Shown piece after piece: positions 22,411 through 34,239 of a DNA stretch of 64,000 bases (positions are counted from its first letter, which is position 1; each line of letters opens with the position of its first letter). Below the pieces are notes generated by a model. The model saw nothing but the letters and a program-made list of their open reading frames with translations, made no database searches and had not been told where the DNA came from. Source of the DNA: Eledone cirrhosa (taxonomy: Eukaryota); assembly GCA_964016885.1 (NCBI GenBank), contig OZ024741.1, forward strand, positions 195,672,001 through 195,736,000, written 5' to 3'. Both the position numbers and the translations under genes were made by a program.

Positions 22411-24247
22411 TTTATGTTACACAGGCAGCACTGAGTAAAGAACAAAAGGACAGATGATGAAAGAGATTTTATCATCTTGGCAGGCAAATTCAGTGGAGAT
22501 GTTGGACAGTATCAGGATAGATTTCCTTGAGTTCATGGCGGCTATGGTTATGACCCAAGAAATGAAGAGAGAGAGTGAGGTTCCTGTAATTCTGTGATGC
22601 AAATGAACTATTTGCAACACAAATTTCAATAACCTGGCTAGCCATCTGATCACATATCAATCAGGCAAACACAAAAGCTAAATTGATTACTTATTTGTAA
22701 GACAAGATAAAGAACTGTAATAAATGCTAAGGCCTTCCCTGAGGAAAAATGTGCCACCCAACACAAGTTAGTTATTAGTGACATCAGGATAAACACAAGA
22801 CAGAACAAAATGTGCAGGAAAACATGGAGACTGAAGGTTTGGAAGCTAAAGGACCTTTAGGTTAAATATAGGTTTAGAAAGGCCCTACAAGATGCATTTG
22901 ATGAGTGGAGTGACAAGCTAGCTACATATAACATAGAAAACAACTGGAAATTCTATTGTGACAACGTATTGCGAACTTCTGATGAGAGTTGTAATTGGAG
23001 CAAAGCACCAGCCAAACAGAGGGTGACCTGATGGTAGAACAGTACAGTGGATAGAGCCATTAAAGTCAAAAGACAGGCATGGAAAGATTGGAAATAGGTG
23101 GTAGCAGAGACCAGTACCAGGTAGTGATTGTCTTTTGTCAAGACTGTGTACCTCTCTGCCACTTGTTTGAACTGTTGAAAATATATAGTATTTTCTAAAG
23201 TATACAGCTGATTAGTCTCACTTACATACCAATCGATTTTATGGCTGGCTTTGCCGAAAATTAAAAACAAAATTAGAAGTTAATTTTTTGCTCTTGTGGT
23301 TGCCTCACTAGAAAGATGGCATCTAGTACTTTTCCCAGTTTTGACAAAGGACAACAACCTAGAAACATATGTTGACTGTTCCTCGATGCCACTGTTATAA
23401 TGAACGGATGATGATGGTCATAAAAAAAACATAGCATAATGAGGCTGTTTGCTTGCAAATGAATTGAATATTTTATTATTATTTGATATAAAACTCATAA
23501 ATATTTTTGTGTAATCCGCTGTGTGAGCAAAAATTATGTTTTTAATTTTCGGCAACGAAAGCCATAAAATCACTTGGCATGCAAGTGAGCCTAATCATAC
23601 GATGTATACTTTAGAAAATACTATATATTTTTAACAGTTCAAACTAGTGGCACAGTCTTGACAGAGGGCAATAACCCAGAAACATGTTGACTGTTCCCCG
23701 ATGCCACTGTTAGAATGGAAAGATGATGATGGTGATAAAAAAAGAACATAGTGTAATGCAGTTTGGTTTCATACCTTGGGAAGTACTACAGATGCCATCT
23801 TTCTAGTGAGGCAACTACAAGAGAAGTTCCAAGCTGTGTGTCAAAGACATGACAACCTCCCTAGTGCTGGTGTCACAATAAAATGCCCTCAGTAGAGTGC
23901 AGGAATGTATGTAAGCAAGATGTGGGTCTCCACCATGTCTGAGCACTTGGTAGAGTGTAGGAATATAAGTGAAATGCAGGCCCTTGGCCCAGCAGAGAGG
24001 TCAGTAGCTTTGCTTGATTACCGACTCAGTTTGTGACACTCCATCCAACTTTACGTGCAGGGCAAACAGACATTAAATGATAATGAATATAACTGATTAT
24101 AATCAAAAGTGCAAAGTGTATAATTGAGATATCTATTCAGTTTTTTTCTATTTTCTTGTCATTTTATCTAAAAACATCACATCTGACAGTAGATTTTATT
24201 AGAAGCCCTATCTAGTCTCTATAAGAATAAACAAGAAAAAATTGTAA

Positions 24248-24295
24248 ATGTTTCAAAAACCTAGATGTCAAGAATCTGTCGTTGTGAACAATCCA
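24248..24295 (+). CDS. Galectin, first coding exon (MFQKPRCQESVVVNNP)
   Basis: ATG is directly preceded by an in-frame TAA. The exon ends ...AAC AAT CCA|GTAAGT, a perfect phase-0 donor. The 'NP|' junction and ~15-16 aa length match the first coding exon of galectin-8/-4-type genes, and the phase fits the next exon. Confidence 0.75.
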
Positions 24296-25888
24296 GTAAG
24301 TAAATTTGTCTCTAATTTACATATATCTCAATTTATATGTGTATTTCTTTGTTTTTGCATATTAATTTATTTCTCTCTAGTATATATCACAAACTAGCAT
24401 TTCATTTTGTGTGTGTACATAAAAAAATTAATCATTTCACAAAATACAGTTATTCACTTGTTTAATATCACTCGAGGATCAGTCTTTGGGTGGCATCAGC
24501 AAAGTTCACTTTGATTTCATTTATTATTTATATAATCCTACTCACCCATGATTTTCCTGTAGGTGTAAACCATCAGATACAAAGTGGACCATCAACGACA
24601 CCCATACCACAAGTCTGGGAGCACCATGAGCATTGTCCCCCCCCCACACACACACACACCTCGAACTAACTTATCAAAAACATAGGTTTGATTCTATTGT
24701 CTAGAGGAGCAGAGAGGAAGCAGTAAATCTTTGCGAATAAGTTGGATATCCTTCTTGTCGATGCTGTTTAGGATTTGTGTGTGTATGTAGCAGTAGCAAT
24801 CACTTTCTTAGATATGAATTTTACGGGAATGTTTTCAATTAACTTAAAGAAAAGAAACTTTTTCAAATGTTGTATAAGGTTATAAATTATTTGTTATTTC
24901 ATTTTTAATAAGAGATTTTTTAAAAAAAACTGAAACTTTAATATTTTTAATGTGTCAATATGGATTAATAATGTTTTCAACAAAATTTGCATCTTTTTTT
25001 CACTTATAGTTTAACTGGTTGACATTTAAACACTTCATTCTTACATCCTCAGACCCCCACCCCTCACCCCCCAAAAATGAATGAAAAAGAAACCCAGAAT
25101 GTACTAATAAATCTCATGTATAAAAAAATGTAAGGGATGTGTACAACCACTAAATTATAGCAATTTCTTTCTAAATTCATTGATGTTTTGTTAGATTTGC
25201 AGTAGCTTGATGTTCATGTAAAGCAGAGGATCTGAAAGTGGGCATTACCCCCCCCCCCCCCCCCCCAGGGGCGTTGAGAAGGTCCAGAGGGGCAGTAGAG
25301 AAAAAGGGGGCATTAGGAGGAACGGAGAGGCTGTGTCAATCTGCCAATGCAAGTGACTTGCATATAATTTGTTCGGTGTTCTTTCTTCTACTTATCATTT
25401 TACCCAGGGCTGGATTTACCAAATTTTATCAACTTTAGAGACATTAGATTACTGAACAAAACGTTTTTAATATCGCTTACATAAATTTTTCTACATACAT
25501 TCTTGTGTGTGTGGGGGGGGGGGGGGCTTTTTCTCTCTTTTTCTGCCACTGTCAATATATATATAACATTGCTTTGAAGGTAATTGTATATCTTAATTCT
25601 TTAAAAAAGATATTCTAGCTAATTTTGTCTAATTATGTTTTGTCATCATAAATATTATAAACGTTTTAATCGTTGGGTCACGTGCGCTTCAAAATGCTTT
25701 TTAAAAATCACGTTCACTTAAAAATAATTTTTAAATAATTAAAATATACACAGCGATGTATATAATCTGAAATGAAACTGGGAGGCTTATATATATACGT
25801 GTGTATGTATATATATATATATATGTGTGTGTATATGTATATATATATATATGTGTGTGTTTGTATACATATATATATTGTGTGTGTG

Positions 25889-25889
<1 letters not shown>

Positions 25890-25934
<45 letters not shown>

Positions 25935-26454
25935 TTTACGTCCGCTTTTCCCTGCTTGCAAGGGTGGGACGGGTCTTATTCAGCACAGCATCTCTCCACT
26001 CGTCACGGTCCCTCGTCATCTCCACCGTGAGCTTCAATGATCTGAGGTCTGTTCTCACCACCTCCGCCCATGTTTTTCGTGGTCTACCTCTACCACGTCT
26101 TCCCTCAACTGGCATTTCCTGGCACTTCTTCACCCATCGGTCATCCTCCATGCGCATCACATGTCCATACCACCTCAGTCTCCTCTCCCGTACACTACAT
26201 TCTATCCCTCTCAGACACAGTTTCTCTCTCAACACATTTATGCTGGGTCGTTCACGCACATTTACACTGCACATCCAACGGAGCATGCTTGCCTCATTTC
26301 TCTCCAGCCGTCGCATATCCTCTGCGGTTGCTGCCCATGTCTCACTACCATGCAGCATCGCGCTCCTCACACAGGCATCATACAACCGGCCTTTCGTACG
26401 CAGGGAGAAACCCTTCTTCGTCAACAGAGGAAGCAGCTCCCTAAACTTCTTCCA
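25890..26454 (-). mobile_element. RTE LINE subfamily A, short 3' fragment, within galectin intron
   Basis: Near-identical to 7641-8180 but with an intact TGG where the first copy has TAG. Long (ATG)n tail; microsatellite flanks. Confidence 0.95.
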
Positions 26455-26920
26455 GCTGTGTGTGTATATATATATATGTGGGTGTCTGTGATCTATATAC
26501 ACTAGTCATAGACACACACACAAATATACACACACACACTCATATATACACAATAACTCCACCAGCTCTCTCTCTCTCTCTTCCATTCTCCTTCTCTCTC
26601 CCTCTCTCTATGTTCCTCTCTCAATTTCCTCTCTCACAACTACTATCTCTTTCTCTCTATCCTTCTCTCTCTCGATTTATGAAGGTACCCAGAAAAACCC
26701 CATATCTCGGGAACCCGTGGTCCGATTTACGTAAAACTTGTTTTATTCCAATTGTATTCCTATTTCAGGGGCAACTTCCTTTCAAAGTATTTTCCTATTA
26801 TGCACATTTTGGCTGTATTACATTACAGACAAGCAAAATATCACAGACTTTTAGTATTATATAGATTAATAATTCCATTTATCAAAACCCAAGGAATAAG
26901 ATTTAAACTTTTCAACACAC

Positions 26921-27192
26921 AAGGGTGGGATGGGAACTAATTCTGGCTTGATTTCTACAGCTGGATGCTCTTCCTAACACCAACCTCATTTACAATGAGT
27001 GCTGGGGGCTTTTTTTGCCGTGGCACCTCCACGACCACTTTGCAGTGGAATGATAGGGACCCCAATCCCTATCATCTCATTTCTACAGCTGAGTAAACTG
27101 GAGCAATGTGAAATAAAGTGTCTTGCTCAAGGAAACAACACATCACTCGGTCTGAGAATTGAACTCACAACCTTTCAATTGCAAGGCCAATG
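26921..27192 (-). mobile_element. SINE family 2, partial copy
   Basis: Matches 10437-10705. Confidence 0.85.
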
Positions 27193-27570
27193 AACATCCC
27201 GAATTACGCCGTACAGCGTCCGGCAATCATCGTCGCCTTTTTGTTCAACACTGACACAGGAACGATGTACTAGTTTCAAGCTTATTAGCTATCGTCAGCA
27301 TCGTATACCTTCCTGTCAGATGATTGAATGTTTGAAAGCATATTCTTTCCTTATGCATATTAACGGCTGAGCAGCCTAATTTACAAACAAACCGAACATT
27401 AAAATAAATGTTCGGTAAACCCATACGTACATATATATATGTGTGCATGTATGTATATATATATATATACATACTACTGTACGTCTGTACACATATATGT
27501 ATGTACGTATACATACTTATATTTATATATATATGTATGTATGTATATATATATATATGTATGTATATAT

Positions 27571-27770
27571 AACAAAGGAATTGTGGTAAGGAACCAGATG
27601 AACCATAACGCACCAGAGTATTCAATACTTAGGGTAGTAGAGTGGGAATAGGAAAAAGTATGACCCCGACGGCAGAGCTCAAGCCGTTTTGACGGCTATT
27701 TCTGGGCTATGTCCAGAAATAGCCGTCGAAACGGCTTGAGCTCTGCCGTCAGGGTCATACTTTTTCCTAT
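27571..27770. mobile_element. Short copy of the 12916-14989 element forming a near-perfect palindrome
   Basis: Same start (AAGGAAnTGTGGTAAGGAACCAG...TACTTAGGGTAGTAGAG). Arms of ~60 bp (27648-27706 / 27712-27770); in (TA)n. Confidence 0.8.
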
Positions 27771-29329
27771 ATGTATATATATATATATATGTATGTGTAT
27801 ATAAATATATATACATACACACACCCACATATATATATATATATATATGAGGCACTTTGAAGTGTCTTTCAAATTAGTCCACAGGCATTTTAAAGAAATC
27901 CAAAATATTTTTTATTCCAATATTGTCCACCCAAAGCAACTGAACTGCACGACGATATAGAGTGACGATTTCAGGATCTGTTTGCACTTCAAGTTCTTGA
28001 ATGGATTGTCAACCCCTTCATTGACATAAGTGGAGTGTTAGAAGAAGAGCCGATAACTCTTCAAAATTACATTTCTAAATTCTGCAAGTGCTAACAATTT
28101 CGGCTTCAAACGGTTATCCGTGACTGCTATCTGGAGCTTTGGAAGAAATATAATATTTATTTATACACAGTATATATTATATTATTTATTATATATAAAT
28201 TAACGTTTTTATTTATTATATATTATTTACAACTTGCATGTAGGCAGGTCTCTCGATGGAAATATGGGTGGGGTACTGAGGGTATTATGTGGCCCAATAA
28301 GTTTGAGAACCTCTGATGCAAGTGACAGCCATTTGCACAGATGATACAATACAGTAAGAAGAAATAGGGTACTCTGAATCTCTCATCAGTTTAGTAAGAC
28401 TAAATATGAATTGTTCATACAACATAATCAGTTGAACTATGCACTGTAAAATAATAATTCTGAAGAGTTTCATTTTATTGTCATATATTATCTTTAAGAT
28501 GTTTTATCTTGTTTATTTATTTTTTTCAAAGAGGTCAAACTGCAAACTGCAAACTGCTTTTAACAAGTTTTAAGTTGCATCATCCATCTGTCTGTTAAAA
28601 ACATATTTTTAATTTGCATCTCTAGATAACAACAGTGTTGTTTAAATCTATTTAAAATGTATTAATGCAGGTTTTAATAGTTTTGATCCAGGTTTTAATG
28701 ATATATGCTCATTGGTGAGCATTTATCATATTCCATAGGTTGTTATATTCCATAAATGGCCATATTCCATCTATAACTTAATCTTTAAGAAGTTTGTGTG
28801 TGTGTTATTGGAACACAGGAAAGGTGATAGGGAGAGCAGTGGGTGTATTGATTAGATTTTAAGTTGAAATGACATAATAAGAAGATCATATGAAAGGAGG
28901 ATCATATGAAATCAGTGACTTTAGAATATTGATAAATGAAACCTTTCTAATCACTTAGATAAAATATTCTTGTATACCATCTAGAATATTCACAACTATA
29001 AGCATTAATGTGTTGTGGTAAATAAATATATACATATACACCAGGTCCGAACACAATAGACCCAAACTCCCACTGTCATTGCCTCTGTCTCTCCCACTCT
29101 CCCCATCTCTCACTATTATGAGCAAACGGGGGCCCACGCGCTGGGCACCCCGCGAATAGAGAACGCTTTTCCCTGGAGTATGATGAGGGAGATGCACTGG
29201 AAGAGCCATTCCAGCTTGCAAGGCTCACATCAGCAGGTAGCCAACTCTGTACTGATGGTGGTGAGTAGGGAGGTGGTCCTGGGGCCAAGGACACTAGAAG
29301 CCAGCACTGCTATGGGCTCAACCACAAAC

Positions 29330-30620
29330 TTGTCAGTGAGTGACCGATATTTGGAGAGTTTATCCTCCTCAGCCCAAAGTGCAGCAGAGCTTGGGTTAGC
29401 TGCAGACTTTACCAGGTTGCCCCTGGAGAATGTCGCTGCATGTGGCGTCCCAGATGAGAGGTTTACTACTGCGGAACGGGAAGATATTCATGCCATCTGG
29501 CCTCTTGCCGCCCCTTTAGTCCAGCTCTGCCAGCTTGAGCTGGGAGGGGAAGCTTGCAGCCTTTATGGCCCCATTGAGAGCAGCATGGTATGGAAGGTGG
29601 ATGGCACTGTAGCGACCAGACAGCAGGTGGAGGCCGAAAGTGTCTACGGTGGATCCACAGCAACATTTGTATGGCTCACAGATCCGGAGGCCAAGCTATT
29701 ATTATCCAGCAGCATGTCAATCAAAAAGGAGGTTATGGCATTGAGCCGGGCACCGCTGTGGGATTGTGAGGCCAAGCAAAAGCATGTGAGGCAGTGCTGG
29801 TTGAGCTGGCGCATTAGCTTGTCCAAGGCCATGTTGCACTGGATGGCATCCCATATGCTCTGGGGGAGATTCGATGTCCACTGGAGGAAGAGGAGAAGGA
29901 GGGACATCTACTGAGTGGACTCCGAGCTGGTTCCTAGTCTCACAGACAGCCTCACGTTGCTCTATCACAGTGGGTTCCGTTGTGTTGTGGGGAACCCTGT
30001 TGATGAGGCAAGAGGTTACCAATGAAAGAAATGCCAGCAAAGCCAGTGAGATCAGAGACCAAGGTCACCGTTTCTAATGGGTAAGGTGGCTTGTTGCCAT
30101 CCAAAGTCATCAAACCTGACATTGCAGCTGCCGCTCGGATACAAGTATCAAGGTCAGTGAGGAGAGATTCATAGCTGTAGCAAGGAGCTCTATGAAATGT
30201 GTAGAGGAGCTTTGGCATAGCGAAGAGAGCTGGATGGGCATCAATCAGCCCCAGTCTGCTCATGAGTGTTGTGAGCTGCTGGAGCCTGGACCTGATGGGA
30301 GAGTGGATAGCTGGTGGGAGGATCAGTGCCCTGAGAATGAGGACATCCACTATCAGGGTCACCTGCACTTGGCAGAGAATGAATCACATGTCCATGATGG
30401 AGGCTGCATCGTGGTTGACATTTACCACCTCTGACTTGAACGAGTTGACCTCAAGGCTGATTTTCGCCAGAGCAGGAACCACCGATTGCAGGTTGTGATA
30501 GGAAGTCTCCATGGGCCTGTCCAACATGGCATCATCAGGCTACCAAATGTTGAAAGGGGCTGTGATATTCTGAGCAATGTGGTCTATCCCAAGGGCAAAG
30601 AGAAAGGGGCCCAAAGGGTC
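29330..30620 (-). mobile_element. Older CRE/R2-group non-LTR relic
   Basis: Minus strand reads DPLGPFLF, MPKLLY, SQSHSGARLNAI, LVATVPSTFHT, and RGNL near the end. Many frameshifts. Confidence 0.7.
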
Positions 30621-31479
30621 ATATGTATATGTGTGACCATTGTGTAGTGCTCTACCAAAGTTGTGTGTTGTGTCAACTTCATAGGTCTTCAGAATTGAAC
30701 TGTTTACTGCCTCAAAACAGAAAAAACCAACCTTGAAAACCTTTTTAGTTTTGTGGGTTAAAAATGCTCAGTTAACCCTAGCTAGTTGAGTATAATTTGT
30801 ATAAAACAGTTATCTGTGGTTGTGCTAATGATTTTGATAAATATTGGTAGTTGGCTGGAGAAACAAGGTATATGTATAAATGTGGGTGTATATTGTACAA
30901 TTAAAAAAATATTTAAATAATAATTTCTTAAAAATAAACATTTGGTAGGGTTATATTTAACTCTTTTCATACCAAACCACCTGAAACTGTCCTGGATTTA
31001 TGATACAAAACTGCTCATTTTAAAATGTTTATCTTCATATTAAATCCTTCCTTCAAAATTTTATTTCAGAAATTTTTCATTTTACTAATGAAAAATGTAA
31101 TTATTTTATTAAATTCCTTCAATTTTTTTTTTAAATTATTATTTTCAAAATTAATTGAAACAGAGATAGTGTATTTCATTAGAAATATGGTAATGAAAAT
31201 ATTAAACTATAACCAACTCAGTAGGTGCAAATGAAAGTGACTCACAATAGTTGCTGGTCCCTTTAAAGGTGTTCTATGAAATTATCTGCCTGTAATAACT
31301 CCCAGAAAGTTACCTTGAGATTCACAAAGGTCAGATAGCTGGAAAGGCTTCAATTATTCTGAAGCAGACAACCATATGGTGCAAAAAAAAGCAGATCTCA
31401 GAAAGTGATACTAAATGTTAATTAGAGCTAAAATAAAGCAGTGTTCAACACCACAGTGAATGCAGAACTCATCAGATCT

Positions 31480-32400
31480 TGTTCCCTTGAACTATGTTAC
31501 TATGGAAGATTGTCAAAAAAGTATCAGAACAGGTCAGTAGTTAGAGGAGTAGCTGTAGTGACATCTTCATGCTATCCAAGTCAGTTGAAACTGATGTAGT
31601 TAATGTTGTACTTGAAATGCCATTGGGGATAGAATTTCACAGATTTACAGTTCTAAAGACTGGGAAACATGTTTAATACAGGGTCTAGAAAGCTAGACAC
31701 ATAAGAGTTTTTGCAACTAGTGTTTAGTTCAGAAAAGCAGAAGTTGGTGTAGTAACAATATGAGAAGCAGAAATATGAAACAGCATGCCTGTGAGCAACT
31801 GGTTGAAGTTTTGCCAATCAGTTAAATTGCCTTCTTTTGAATGTGGTTGGGAATGTTTGTGAATGTAACTGGCTTCATCCCATAGATATGAGCAGTATTT
31901 CATTGTTGACTGTCAAAAGACCAAATCATCTATTGTAGTCAAAATGTTATTGGAATGTGAAGAGAAACAAGATGCACAAACTTCTGATATTTGGTATATT
32001 TCTCCTGCAGTCAATATTAAATGGGGATTGCCTTCTGTCTTACAACATTCTTCTTGGCACTGGTCTAAAACTTATGAATGGTATATAGGAAATAAATTGT
32101 CTATGGAGTTTAGCAAAAATGTTTCTCTGTTGTTCATATCTTCTTAGGCACTTTTTTTGTCTTTTTCTTCGGGGATGATACATTGTTTCAGAAATGATTT
32201 ATTGGATATAACATCTGTAATGCTCGAATATTACTATTGACAAGCACAGTAGGAACAAACAATTTCATAAACATTCATTGTATATTTTCTTTAAATAATT
32301 GCTGCTTACACTAGCCATGACAAAAGATATACTGTATAGGGAGCTGGCATCTGCAGCATGTAAATGGGCTCAGTAAAAGCTACATTTCAAGAATGCTCTT
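31480..32400 (-). mobile_element. Highly degenerate LINE RT relic (CR1/Jockey group)
   Basis: Minus-strand fragments MKYCSYLW and LQPVAHRHAVSYFCFSYCYY resemble the MEYCSHLW and LxHRRxVAxLxxFYRYY motifs. Confidence 0.45.
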
Positions 32401-33163
32401 AAGCAGGGCAGAGAAAGATTTTTCTCTTATAACATATCTTGCATGAGTCGGTTAAAGCTGAACCAGTTGATGTTTATAACAAAATTGGCTATAATGAAGG
32501 TTGCGTTAATGATGATGATGAGTAGGAGGATCTTAACGATGATGATGTGAAGGAGGAGGATGATGATGATTAAATAATAATAAATTCATTTTTTTTTTTA
32601 TTGTAAGCAAATTACCAATTTGCAATTTATTGCAGTCTATTGAAATATTTTACATTGATTAAATATTGTTTTGTCCACTGTAAGACTAAGATGGCTTTTC
32701 CATGCCAAGGTAAATGACACAAGGGTGATGACCATGAGTTGGAAAAGGTGAAAATATGGTTTAATTATGAAGGTGATAACAATGTAGTGGTTTGATAGGA
32801 GGGAGAGGGACAACAATATGAAATTCATCATGAGGTTGACAGAAATATCAAAAAAGTGAAGATGACAGACTATATCGCTTATGGACTATGTCAACAAATT
32901 AAGCAGCAGCCCTTAGCCAACTTAATGTGTGTTGTTTGAGTAGTGGGCTGTTTTAAAAGTAGTTAACGATTTGTAAATTTATTTCTTTGCATCATTTGCA
33001 AATTTTTCTACCAGTTGTATTCATAATATACTGTCATTTAATCATAAAATAAAATAATATTATTACACCTCATTGTTTCAGTACCCACATTATATCACTC
33101 TAAAGGAAGTAGCAATGTTGATAATTATGATAAATTTTACAATTATTGTTTAACTGTTTTCAG

Positions 33164-33252
33164 TGCATTCCATATGTTGGTGAAATACCTGGCGGCCTTC
33201 AATGTGGGTCCCTCATTACATTACAGGGTCAAACGGCCCACCACCATAGAAG
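33164..33252 (+). CDS. Galectin, second coding exon (CIPYVGEIPGGLQCGSLITLQGQTAHHHRR)
   Basis: Acceptor TTTAACTGTTTTCAG, 89 nt, donor AG|GTAGGT (phase 2). The P-Y-x-G-x-I-P-G-G-L-x-x-G-x-x-I-x-x-x-G motif marks the start of the galectin carbohydrate-recognition domain. Confidence 0.92.
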
Positions 33253-33315
33253 GTAGGTCAATTTTACTCATTTATTTTGGAAAACTGAAATGAAGTCATT
33301 ATTAACACATTACAA

Positions 33316-33915
33316 GGGCAGTGGTTTGGCAGTATCGGTAGAGGGTCGGACGCCATGCTTTGCAGCATAGAGTTGCGGCTCTTTATGATCTGAGCTCAAA
33401 TCCCGCCGAGGTTAACTTTGCCTTTCATCCTTATGGGGTCGATAAAATAAAGTACCAGTCATGCACTGGAGTCGATTTAATCGACTTTTCCCTCCCGCCC
33501 AAATTACTGGCCTTGTGCCTATATAAGAAACCATTATTAACACATTACAAGGGCAGTGGTTTGGCAGTATCGGTAGAGCGTCAGACACCATGTTTTGCAG
33601 CATAGTTATGGTCCTTTGAGTTCTGAGTTCAAATCCGCCAAGGTTAACTTTGCCTTTCATCCTTACGAGGTCGATAAAATAAAGTACCAGTGGTGCACTG
33701 GGGTAATTGCTGGCCTTGTGCCAAAAGTAGAAACTCTATTGGCGGTGGATTGGCAGTATCGGTAGAGGGTTGGACGCCATGCTTTGAAGCATAGAGTTGC
33801 CTCCCTTTATGATCTGAGTTGAAATCCCGCCGAGGTTAACTTTGCCTTTCATCCTTACGGGGTCGATAAAATAAAGTACCAGTAATGCGCTGGTCTTGTG
33901 CCAAAAGTAGAAACA
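33316..33915 (+). mobile_element. Three tandem SINE family 1 copies (~33316-33531, 33551-33735, 33741-33915)
   Basis: Each has the GGCAGTATCGGTAGAG head and the CTTTCATCCTTA..GGTCGATAAAATAAAGTACCAG body. ATTATTAACACATTACAA occurs at 33298, 33533 and 33916. Confidence 0.9.
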
Positions 33916-34064
33916 ATTATTAACACATTACAATTAATTTACTAACTAGATTTATATTATCGCTAAAATATTTTATAATTATTTTGTTGGTTATGATATA
34001 GAAAGTTTGGTCAGAGGTTTAGTTGAGAGTTAACATATGTATGAGTTGTCCTTCAATAAAACAT

Positions 34065-34180
34065 CTGACCAAATGTTTAGCTAGAAGTAAACTGCTCTAC
34101 TTAGCATTTGTTAACATGGGGAAGACCTTTGACAAACACCCATTTTCTGTAATCTGAGGATCAGTAAGGAAACTAGACAC
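34065..34180 (+). mobile_element. Small RTE RT relic just upstream of the satellite
   Basis: KLLYLAFVNMGKTFD...SVI*GSVRKL compared with KPLYLAFVDLEKAFDRVPRSVIWWSLRKL in the 6.9-kb copy. Confidence 0.6.
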
Positions 34181-34239
34181 TATGAGAACAATATTTTACT
34201 CTGACTAATGGATGACAAAATATTAGCTATGATATCTGA

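Noticed and set aside
24563-24640. Extra galectin exon after TTTTCCTGTAG
   Set aside because: Good acceptor but no convincing donor and no galectin similarity; the flanking exons already join in phase.
25731-26505. Poly-Met/Ser/His/Ile ORFs
   Set aside because: These are translations of the (ATG)n LINE tail and of antisense RTE sequence.
29180-29914. 244-aa + strand ORF as a host gene
   Set aside because: It is the antisense reading of a decayed CRE-like element and shows no recognisable domain.
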